A stretch of 18,599 nucleotides of DNA from a virus (IMGVR_UViG_2547132252_000005:1-18599); one strand, 5' to 3'; shown: positions 1-6,762, counted from the stretch's first letter. Notes: a model not told the origin generated them from the letters alone. Numbers and translations are program-made.

Positions 1-154
1 TTGGCGACGATCACAATGCGATGAACTGCGCATCGCTGGCATCACCTTTAAATGCCGTCTGGCGAAGAGTGGTGATCAGTTCCTGTGGGTCGACAGAATC
101 CATGCCGACACGTTCAGCCAGCTTCCCTGCCAGCGTTGCGAGTGCTGTACTCAT
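1..154 (-). pseudogene. bet: bet (Red-beta single-strand annealing protein), 5' end; frame closes after codon 47 and the gene runs off the window
   Basis: Minus-strand ATG at 152-154 translates MSTALATLAGKLAERVGMDSVDPQELITTLRQTAFKGDASDAQFIAL then TGA at 11-13. This matches my recollection of the lambda Bet N-terminus, which continues ...FIALLIVANQYG; the -1 frame here reads IVAN, consistent with a 1-bp deletion. Below the 60-aa ORF-track threshold. Confidence 0.6.
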
Positions 155-159
155 CCGTT

Positions 160-456
160 TTATACCTCTGAATCAATATCAACCTGGTGGTGAGCAATGG
201 TTTCAACCATGTACCGGATGTGTTCTGCCATGCGCTCCTGAAACTCAACATCGTCATCAAACGCACGGGTAATGGCTTTTTTGCTGGCCCCGTGGCGTTG
301 CAAATGATCGATGCAGAGTGATTCAAACAGGTGCTGTGGAAGACCTTTTTCCATGTCGTCTGCCAGTTCTGCCTCTTTCTCTTCACGGGCAATCTGCTGG
401 TAATGACGCGCCCAGCTCTGAGCCTCAAGACGATCCTGAATGTAATAAGCGTTCAT
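160..456 (-). CDS. gam: Gam (RecBCD inhibitor), short GamS-length form
   Basis: The 98-aa [24 protein letters not shown]...HQVDIDSEV is near-identical to the lambda Gam short form as I recall it. Its stop lies 5 bp before the bet start, as in lambda. Confidence 0.9.
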   Translation of the reverse strand: MNAYYIQDRLEAQSWARHYQQIAREEKEAELADDMEKGLPQHLFESLCIDHLQRHGASKKAITRAFDDDVEFQERMAEHIRYMVETIAHHQVDIDSEV

Positions 457-531
457 GGCTGAACTCCTGAAAATGGCTGTGAATATATCGCCCGCGAAAT
501 GCCGGGCTGATTAGGTAAACAGGAAAGGGGA

Positions 532-942
532 TTAGTGATTCAGGCCGTTGCCGCGTCCGTCGAGAAAAACTTCCACGAGCAAATCACGGGTATAAGTGCG
601 CTCGATGCCGCGATGCAGATAAAGCCGTCCGCGTAAATTAGCTGATGCAGTCCAGGTACCATCTTTGTGTTTGACCAGCATTCCTGGCATGACCGCACCG
701 CGATTAACGGTCTGCGTTCCGTAATGTTGATGAACCATAAAAACTCCTGCCCGTAAGCTGGGCTGCTGAACATATAGAGACTTCTGCGCGTATTCAGGCG
801 GTGGATGGCCGCCGGTTGTCATAACTAAGCCGCCTCGTTGAAGCGACTGAGGTATGAGGTGTTGAGTTGATTTCAGCTGGTCACACCGACGTTCACGCGT
901 CCGCTTCACCCCTCGCACTTCCCGGAGCCTGCTGAAATTCAA
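532..942 (-). CDS. Hypothetical protein immediately downstream of the OL/pL-like region; Arg-rich N-terminus ([15 protein letters not shown]) loosely resembling an N-type ARM; start codon uncertain
   Basis: 136-aa ORF with a TTG start in the track, same frame as gam. An internal ATG with an upstream GGAG would give a 68-aa product. An overlapping 77-aa ORF (540..773) in another frame cannot be excluded as the real gene. Confidence 0.3.
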   Translation of the reverse strand: MNFSRLREVRGVKRTRERRCDQLKSTQHLIPQSLQRGGLVMTTGGHPPPEYAQKSLYVQQPSLRAGVFMVHQHYGTQTVNRGAVMPGMLVKHKDGTWTASANLRGRLYLHRGIERTYTRDLLVEVFLDGRGNGLNH

Positions 943-959
943 GCTGCGGATCTAAGCGG

Positions 960-1100
960 TCATCGCAACGGTGAATCAGGTGGTTGCCGTATCGTTGTGT
1001 TGTTGCGATGAATTTATTTAAAACTATAGTTGTTTTGTCGTCAACAACAAAAGTTGTTTTATTGGTTTTTTTAGATGTAAATGGTTGTATTTAGGATGGA
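960..1100 (-). promoter_or_regulatory. Candidate OL/pL operator-promoter region
   Basis: Cluster of GGTTGTT / AACAAC half-sites, including AGTTGTT-n8-AACAACA at about 1028..1049, with the same architecture as the OR palindrome at 3447..3471. The position matches lambda OL, between the rex-equivalent cassette and the leftward early genes. Confidence 0.45.
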
Positions 1101-1184
1101 TTTATTTTGTGACTTGCATCGCATAGCGATAACTGAAGCGAGGTCGTGGTGGTTTTTTGAATGGTTTGTGTGATGAGGGGGAGG

Positions 1185-1214
1185 GGCAAAAGAAAACCCG
1201 GCACGGTGGCCGGG
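1185..1214 (-). terminator. Intrinsic terminator ending the cI-cassette transcript
   Basis: Stem CCCGGC (1197-1202) / GCCGGG (1209-1214) with loop ACGGTG. On the minus strand it is followed by TTTTCTTTT (plus 1188-1196), directly after the stop of the 125-aa gene. Confidence 0.55.
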
Positions 1215-1218
1215 ATTC

Positions 1219-1596
1219 TTACGCAGGTAGGTAAAGATATGATTGTGGTGGCTTAATATTACTACCTAGAGCAGAGATAGGAATTGGTTCTTTATATCTT
1301 TCCACTTCACCAATTTTTATTGCGTAGGCCTTTTCTCTACCTGAATAATATGAGTCATAAAATTGCTTAGAAATACCTGCGTGTTTTTCCGTCTTTTTCC
1401 AAAGAGATTCCGGTTCGTCACTTAGTATTGATTCAATACGGAATTGACCAACAACTTTACCTAATGGCATCGTGGCATAAATAACAACGGTGCTAATTTG
1501 CGGATTTTTGAATATACCTTTACGAAACTCGAACCGCTTTGTTCCGTTCAATATTTTTTCTGCAAACTCAGGCTTAATGGATAATAAAACTTTCAT
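1219..1596 (-). CDS. ASCH-domain (PUA-like fold) protein, 125 aa; distal gene of the cI-linked cassette
   Basis: N-terminus MKVLLSIKPEFAEKILNGTKRFEFRK carries the ASCH hallmark (G-x-K-x-x-E-x-R after the first strand). A TEKHA motif resembles E. coli YqfB as I recall it. Its start overlaps the upstream gene by 23 nt; the region is AT-rich. Confidence 0.7.
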   Translation of the reverse strand: MKVLLSIKPEFAEKILNGTKRFEFRKGIFKNPQISTVVIYATMPLGKVVGQFRIESILSDEPESLWKKTEKHAGISKQFYDSYYSGREKAYAIKIGEVERYKEPIPISALGSNIKPPQSYLYLPA

Positions 1597-2647
1597 TTAT
1601 CTTGCCTAACTCGATGATCTTTAAGAACTGCTCATTTGTGAGTTTAAAGTGACTCCATCGGAATGCACGCGAACCATTTAGCCCCACATGATCTATTAAA
1701 ATAGCACGATTGGGTCTCTTTGGCAAAGACAGATTGTATGTGAATCTTATAATGAAAGGGTATCGACGTTCTTTATAGATTTTTCTGAGTTCATCTTCAG
1801 AAAATACGCTAAAACGAATACAATAGTCTACAAAACTATCTTCGCTTAAAAATTCAGAAATATTTTTTACGCTCTCAACTACACATAATGTACTGGCTAC
1901 AGAACGATAGCGAGCTGGCCCTTTTTTGTCTCCGGTTCTATAGATGACAATGATATCTCCTCTTTTCATTCCCATCACAGAACGCATTCCACATATGTAA
2001 ATTTTATGAATGCTGTTAGCATGGGATATATCTTTGACAATATCTGGTGATTCATTTACAAGTTTTGAATCAGGGAATAGTCTAGTGTGATATTCGGGAT
2101 AAATCGCCAGTAAATATTTGTTGGCTCTTGATGTCATTATTCGAGGGTAATCTAATAAAATATCACCATAAGGCTCATGCAAAGACCTCGCATATACAAA
2201 CTCTTTCCCGTTATGTGTTTCTTTTTCACCATGAATGTAAAATCCGTACGTTTGGAAAAGTTTTATTAGATGGACGTGTTTGTCGAAAACAGTAACATAA
2301 ATATCATCAGATTTTGATGAAAATGCATGGTCAAACGCTTTTTTTAGAAATCGTTGTCCGCGAAGGGTGCCTTTAGATTCAAATTTGAATGTTCCTATCT
2401 TTAGATGACGTCCTGGTGGGAGCGCTGGATTAATGTCATTTGCATCATCATTTTCTTTTAGATACATAAAACCTTCGATTTTATGCTTGTCATCATAGAG
2501 CACATAAGCTGATTCTCCTTCTCTGGCTTTTTTTTCTAACCAAAGAGGAAACTCTTTATAATCTTTTTTTAAAGAGTCAAAAAATGGGTCATTGTGATCA
2601 AAATCAGAGAATTTCTCATATTTTAAAGTATCCATTAAGTTCTCCAT
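1574..2647 (-). CDS. 357-aa protein with a GNAT-like N-terminal region (about residues 30-150) and a C-terminal domain of unknown function; proximal gene of the cI-linked cassette
   Basis: Long uninterrupted AT-rich ORF 68 bp downstream of the cI stop on the same strand. GNAT-like pattern: LKIGTFKF, then RGQRF (motif-A-like), then LIKLFQTYGFY. The C-terminal half (IYICGMRSVMGMKRGDIIVIYRTGD...) matches nothing I can name. Fold calls are from reading the sequence, not a profile search. Confidence 0.7.
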   Translation of the reverse strand: MENLMDTLKYEKFSDFDHNDPFFDSLKKDYKEFPLWLEKKAREGESAYVLYDDKHKIEGFMYLKENDDANDINPALPPGRHLKIGTFKFESKGTLRGQRFLKKAFDHAFSSKSDDIYVTVFDKHVHLIKLFQTYGFYIHGEKETHNGKEFVYARSLHEPYGDILLDYPRIMTSRANKYLLAIYPEYHTRLFPDSKLVNESPDIVKDISHANSIHKIYICGMRSVMGMKRGDIIVIYRTGDKKGPARYRSVASTLCVVESVKNISEFLSEDSFVDYCIRFSVFSEDELRKIYKERRYPFIIRFTYNLSLPKRPNRAILIDHVGLNGSRAFRWSHFKLTNEQFLKIIELGKINESFIIH

Positions 2648-2715
2648 TCTAAAATGAATAATTAAGTTGTTTTACTGAATGAGCACAATGCCCGGTTGAT
2701 AATTTTTAATTGGTA

Positions 2716-3405
2716 CTATCCATGCTTCCTATACGTCTGCGGCATGCTCCCAATAACTTTCCCGAAGATAAACACCCGGTTCATCTCGTCTTTCTCGATT
2801 GGGTCCCACGGTGAGTAGCTCTTGTTATCAGAGATAACCAGCAGTTTATCCTTCATCATTTGCAGGCGCTTTACATGGGCTGTGTCGTCGTACAGAAACG
2901 CATAGATACCATCACCGTCGAAAGATTTAACCGTGATATCAACGAACAGCAGATCACCAGGTTCAATCGTTCCTGACATGCTGTCACCGCGTACGTTAAT
3001 GATGCGGATATTTTCTGCCTTCCTGCCATCGAACATGTGACGAGCATCGTCAAACGAGTACTCAACCGAGCGTAGGACTTCTACAAACTCACGGTTGATG
3101 ACACCCGGCCCGGCACTCACTTCTATATCAAGAACGTCAATCTTAAAGTATTTGGAATGGCTGACAGTTGGTTGTATTGGTTGCACTGTACTGTCTGACA
3201 TATTTCCAACGCCAGAAGATAACCATTCTGCGCGCACACCCAAAGCGTTCGCGATCTCCACGATTTTAGTTGTTTGATTAGCTTTCCCTGTTTCGATTTT
3301 CTGAATAGCAGCTTGGCTAACCCCGACCAAATCCCCAAGCGCCTTTTGTGTAAGGCCTCGCGCTAATCTGGCTTCTTTAAGTCTTTCTGAGAGTGTTGTT
3401 TTCAT
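2716..3405 (-). CDS. cI: CI-type prophage repressor (N-terminal HTH, C-terminal LexA/S24 autopeptidase domain)
   Basis: 229 aa. N-terminal HTH (LTQKALGDLVGVSQAAIQKIETGK), a GDSM serine motif and a downstream KRL lysine typical of S24 self-cleaving repressors. Divergent from a cro-like gene across an operator region. Confidence 0.88.
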   Translation of the reverse strand: MKTTLSERLKEARLARGLTQKALGDLVGVSQAAIQKIETGKANQTTKIVEIANALGVRAEWLSSGVGNMSDSTVQPIQPTVSHSKYFKIDVLDIEVSAGPGVINREFVEVLRSVEYSFDDARHMFDGRKAENIRIINVRGDSMSGTIEPGDLLFVDITVKSFDGDGIYAFLYDDTAHVKRLQMMKDKLLVISDNKSYSPWDPIEKDEMNRVFIFGKVIGSMPQTYRKHG

Positions 3406-3509
3406 AGTTCAAATGTACAACCAAGGTTTTATTCCATCAAACGAAAATGGTTGTTGACTAAAAACAACCATAGTTTTAATCTTGATTCAAATTAACCACG
3501 GAGGTTGTT
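3406..3509. promoter_or_regulatory. OR region with divergent pRM/pR promoters and operator palindromes
   Basis: Near-perfect 25-bp palindrome ATGGTTGTTgactaaaAACAACCAT (3447..3471) enclosing TTGACT (3454-3459), with a TAATCT -10 candidate near 3477-3482. Further half-sites ACAACCA (about 3416-3422) and GGTTGTT (3503-3509). GGAGG sits 5 nt before the cro ATG; no SD before cI, suggesting a leaderless cI mRNA as in lambda. Confidence 0.6.
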
Positions 3510-3740
3510 ATGAACCCAGCTATTAAAACAGCGATCAATATCGTTGGTTCACAAAAGAAACTGGGCGCTGCTTGCGAAGTTTCACAGCAGGCCGTCTATA
3601 AGTGGCTTCACAACAAAGCAAAGGTATCCCCTGAACATGTCGGCAGCATTGTTACGGCTACTGGTGGAGTAGTGAAGGCACACCAGATTCGCCCGGATCT
3701 TCCGAAGTTGTTTCCACACACCGAAAAGAACGCAGCTTAA
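3510..3740 (+). CDS. cro: Cro-like HTH regulator (YdaS-like)
   Basis: 76 aa, first rightward gene at OR, with an HTH (KKLGAACEVSQQAVYKWLH) and a good RBS. Confidence 0.8.
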   Translation: MNPAIKTAINIVGSQKKLGAACEVSQQAVYKWLHNKAKVSPEHVGSIVTATGGVVKAHQIRPDLPKLFPHTEKNAA

Positions 3741-3809
3741 ATTTCCATTTCACGCTCTTTAACAATAAGCAATCAACTTAACAGTCAATTCAAACTAAAG
3801 GAGTCAATT

Positions 3810-4349
3810 ATGCAACCACTTACATACCAACAGACTAGCGGATTTAGCCCGACTGCGGTGATAAATCGTTCTCAAACAAAACAGGTGCCAGGCCACGAAA
3901 AAATCCGTGATGCCGTCCGCGCCTGGTCGGCTGAAGATAATCAGGATGTCGTTGCCACACTCATTGTGAATGAGTATCGGGAGCAGGGCGGCGGCACCAT
4001 CGATTTCCCTGATGATGTCAGCCGTGCACGCCAGAAGCTGTTCCGCTTCCTCGATAACAAATTCGATTCTGAAAAATACCGAAATAACGTGCGTGAACTG
4101 ACCCCGGCAATTCTGGCGGTACTACCGCTGGAATATCGCGGTTACCTGGTTGAGCAGGATAGCTTTATGGCTAGGTTGGCTGAAATGGAAAAGGAACTCA
4201 GTGAGGCAAAACAGGCTGTCATTCTCAACGCACCACGCCACCAGAAACTGAAGGAAATTAGTGAAGGTATTGTGTCGATGTTTCGTGTGGACCCAGATCT
4301 GGCTGGTCCACTGATGGCGATGGTCACCACCATGCTGGGGGCAATATGA
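3810..4349 (+). CDS. YdaT-family protein (CII-like regulator of Rac-type immunity regions)
   Basis: 179 aa. Motifs NEYREQGGGTIDFPDD and LTPAILAVLPLEYR parallel E. coli YdaT (EEYLRQGGGELPLVPG ... LIPAILAILPRELR) as I recall it. Sits in the cII position after cro. Confidence 0.7.
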   Translation: MQPLTYQQTSGFSPTAVINRSQTKQVPGHEKIRDAVRAWSAEDNQDVVATLIVNEYREQGGGTIDFPDDVSRARQKLFRFLDNKFDSEKYRNNVRELTPAILAVLPLEYRGYLVEQDSFMARLAEMEKELSEAKQAVILNAPRHQKLKEISEGIVSMFRVDPDLAGPLMAMVTTMLGAI

Positions 4350-5365
4350 CAGGTTCAGAAATGGCGAAAGCCGGTCTGCTGGAACAGAACCGACTTTCAG
4401 GTGCAAATCGTAACGCACTCATTGCGGGAGGAATTATGGCAAACACTGCTGAGATATTCAATTTTCCAGTGCCGGATGTGGCACAAAAGGAGCCGCGCGT
4501 GGCAGATCTCGATGATGGTTATACGCGCATTGCAAATGAGTTGCTGGAAGCTGTGATGCTGGCCGGATTAACACAGCACCAGCTTCTGGTCTTCCTGGCT
4601 GTCATGCGCAAAACATATGGCTTTAATAAAAAACTGGATTGGGTGAGCAACGAGCAACTTTCCGAATTGACCGGGATATTGCCGCACAAGTGTTCTGCTG
4701 CAAAAAGCGTTCTGGTAAAGCGTGGGATTCTTATTCAGAGCGGGCGGAATACCGGCATTAATAATGTGGTCAGTGAATGGTCAACATTACCCGAATCAGG
4801 TAAGAAAAATAAAGTTTACCTGAAAGAGGTAAATTTACCTGAATCAGGTAAAAAAAGTTTACCCAAATCAGGTAAAGACGTTTACCCGAATCAGGTAAAC
4901 ACAAAAGACAAAATAACAAAAGACAATATAAAACCTTATTCGTCCGAGAATTCTGGCGAATCCTCTGACCAGCCAGAAAACGACCTTCCTGTGGTGAAAC
5001 CGGATGCTGCGATTCAGAGCGGCAGCAAGTGGGGGACAGCAGAAGACCTGACCGCCGCAGAGTGGATGTTTGACATGGTGAAGACCATCGCGCCATCAGC
5101 CAGAAAACCGAATTTTGCAGGGTGGGCTAACGATATCCGCCTGATGCGTGAACGTGACGGACGTAACCACCGCGACATGTGCGTGCTGTTCCGCTGGGCA
5201 TGCCAGGACAACTTCTGGTCCGGTAACGTGCTAAGTCCGGCCAAACTCCGTGACAAGTGGACCCAACTCGAAATCAACCGTAACAAGCAACAGGCTGGAG
5301 TGACAGCCGGAAAATCAAAACTGGACCTGACAAACACTGACTGGATTTATGGGGTGGATTTATGA
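4346..5365 (+). CDS. O: Replication initiator O (lambdoid O-family); start codon ambiguous (4346, 4361 or the MANTAEIF Met)
   Basis: The N-terminal region (YTRIANELLEAVMLAGLTQHQLLVFLAVMRKTYGFNKK) resembles the lambda O DNA-binding domain. The gene contains the iteron array and is followed by a lambda-P homolog. Its ATG overlaps the upstream stop (ATATGA). Confidence 0.8.
   Translation: MTGSEMAKAGLLEQNRLSGANRNALIAGGIMANTAEIFNFPVPDVAQKEPRVADLDDGYTRIANELLEAVMLAGLTQHQLLVFLAVMRKTYGFNKKLDWVSNEQLSELTGILPHKCSAAKSVLVKRGILIQSGRNTGINNVVSEWSTLPESGKKNKVYLKEVNLPESGKKSLPKSGKDVYPNQVNTKDKITKDNIKPYSSENSGESSDQPENDLPVVKPDAAIQSGSKWGTAEDLTAAEWMFDMVKTIAPSARKPNFAGWANDIRLMRERDGRNHRDMCVLFRWACQDNFWSGNVLSPAKLRDKWTQLEINRNKQQAGVTAGKSKLDLTNTDWIYGVDL
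4787..4898. repeat. Replication origin: five direct 17-bp iterons (TTACCYRAATCAGGTAA type) inside O
   Basis: Iterons at about 4787, 4816, 4835, 4859 and 4882, each with internal dyad symmetry (TTACC...GGTAA), followed by an A+T-rich stretch (4899..4935). The layout is that of lambda ori within O. Confidence 0.75.
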
Positions 5366-6063
5366 AAAACATCGCCGCACAAATGGTTAACTTTGACTGT
5401 GAGCAGATGCGCCGGATCGCCAACAACATGCCGGAACAGTACGACGAAAAGCCACAGGTACAGCAGGTAGCGCAGATCATCAACGGTGTGTTCAGGCAGT
5501 TACTGGCAACTTTCCCGGCGAGCCTGGCTAACCGTGACCAGAATGAACTGAACGAAATCCGCCGCCAGTGGGTTCTGGCTTTCCGGGAAAACGGGATCAC
5601 CACAATGGAACAGGTTAACGCAGGAATGCGCGTAGCCCGTCGGCAGAATCGACCATTCCTGCCATCACCCGGGCAGTTTGTGGCCTGGTGCCGGGAAGAA
5701 GCATCCGTTAACGCCGGGCTGCCAAACGTCAGCGAGCTGGTTGATATGGTTTACGAGTATTGCCGGAAGCGTGGCCTGTATCCGGATGCAGAGTCTTATC
5801 CGTGGAAATCGAACGCGCATTACTGGTTGGTTACCAACTTGTACCAGAACATGCGGGCCAATGCGCTGACTGACGCGGAATTACGGCGCAAGGCTGCCGA
5901 TGAACTGACCTGTATGACAGCGCGAATTAACCGTGGTGAGACGATACCTGAACCAGTAAAACAACTTCCTGTTATGGGCGGTAGACCTCTAAATCGTGCA
6001 CAGGCTCTGGCGAAGATCGCAGAAATTAAAGCTAAGTTCGGACTGAAAGGAGCAAGTGTATGA
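5362..6063 (+). CDS. P: Replication protein P (DnaB helicase loader)
   Basis: 233 aa, essentially collinear with lambda P as I recall it (MKNIAAQMVNFD...AKFGLKGASV). Start overlaps the O stop. Confidence 0.92.
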   Translation: MKNIAAQMVNFDCEQMRRIANNMPEQYDEKPQVQQVAQIINGVFRQLLATFPASLANRDQNELNEIRRQWVLAFRENGITTMEQVNAGMRVARRQNRPFLPSPGQFVAWCREEASVNAGLPNVSELVDMVYEYCRKRGLYPDAESYPWKSNAHYWLVTNLYQNMRANALTDAELRRKAADELTCMTARINRGETIPEPVKQLPVMGGRPLNRAQALAKIAEIKAKFGLKGASV

Positions 6064-6362
6064 CGGGCAAAGAGGCAATTATTCATTACCTGGGGACGCA
6101 TAAGAGCTTCTGTGCACAGGACGTTGCCGCGGTAACAGGCGCAACCGTAACCAGCATAAATCAGGCTGCGGCTAAAATGGCGCGGGCAGGAATCCTGGTC
6201 GTTGATGGTAAGGTCTGGCGAACGGTGTATTACCGGTTCGCTACCAGAGAAGAACGGGAAGGAAAGGTGAGCACGAATCTGATTTTTAAGGAGTGTCGCC
6301 AGAGTGCCGCGATGAAACGGGTATTGAGGGTATATAAAAGAACATCAATGGGTACACAATGA
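6060..6362 (+). CDS. ren: Ren protein
   Basis: 100 aa; MTGKEAIIHYLGTH...VWRTVYYRFATREEREGK matches lambda Ren from memory. Overlaps the P stop. Confidence 0.88.
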   Translation: MTGKEAIIHYLGTHKSFCAQDVAAVTGATVTSINQAAAKMARAGILVVDGKVWRTVYYRFATREEREGKVSTNLIFKECRQSAAMKRVLRVYKRTSMGTQ

Positions 6363-6429
6363 TGAAACAGGTGAGTTGAGTTCAAACTGTAGTACAATTC
6401 TCTCCAGTTTGAACAGGAAAGAATATTCT

Positions 6430-6762
6430 ATGAACCCTTATATTTATCTTGGTGGTGCAATACTTGCAGAGGTCATTGGTACAACCTTAATGAAGTTTTC
6501 AGAAGGTTTTACACGGTTATGGCCATCTGTTGGTACAATTATTTGTTATTGTGCATCATTCTGGTTATTAGCTCAGACGCTGGCTTATATTCCTACAGGG
6601 ATTGCTTATGCTATCTGGTCAGGAGTCGGTATTGTCCTGATTAGCTTACTGTCATGGGGACTTTTCGGCCAACGGCTGGACCTGCCAGCCATTATAGGCA
6701 TGATGTTGATTTGTGCCGGTGTGTTGGTTATTAATTTATTGTCACGAAGCACACCACATTAA
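6430..6762 (+). CDS. emrE: EmrE small multidrug resistance (SMR) efflux transporter, 110 aa
   Basis: MNPYIYLGGAILAEVIGTTLMKFSEGF...LSRSTPH is near-identical to E. coli EmrE as I recall it. AGGAAAG RBS before the ATG at 6430. The track's 6376 start is an upstream in-frame extension. Confidence 0.92.
   Translation: MNPYIYLGGAILAEVIGTTLMKFSEGFTRLWPSVGTIICYCASFWLLAQTLAYIPTGIAYAIWSGVGIVLISLLSWGLFGQRLDLPAIIGMMLICAGVLVINLLSRSTPH

Noticed and set aside
21-428. Track ORFs 21..272 (+) and 114..428 (-)
   Set aside because: Both overlap bet/gam in other frames or on the opposite strand and have Arg/Cys/Trp-rich wrong-frame composition; bet and gam are clearly the real genes here.
540-773. 77-aa minus-strand ORF overlapping the 136-aa ORF
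   Set aside because: Cannot be told apart from the 532..942 frame by sequence alone and neither has a recognisable family; not listed as a separate gene, but kept as an alternative in the finding.
2648-2715. Isolated GTTGTT operator-like half-site between cI and the cassette (about 2668-2677)
   Set aside because: A single half-site without a dyad partner in AT-rich DNA is likely coincidental; not called as an operator.
2871-3338. Short ORFs inside or antisense to cI (2871..3065, 3095..3277, 3123..3338)
   Set aside because: Fully contained within the well-supported repressor gene; no RBS and odd composition.
4787-4898. Iteron array as a possible CRISPR array, or the LPESGKK peptide repeat as a functional protein repeat
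   Set aside because: The repeats are 17 bp with irregular short spacers, internally palindromic, inside an O-type initiator gene and next to an A+T-rich tract: a replication origin. The peptide repeat is a by-product of the iterons.
4122-6101. Overlapping and antisense ORFs within the YdaT-like, O and P genes (4122..4418, 4142..4333, 4770..5096, 5014..5337, 5274..5603, 5678..5869, 5820..6101)
   Set aside because: All embedded in strongly supported genes; typical shadow ORFs of GC-balanced coding sequence.
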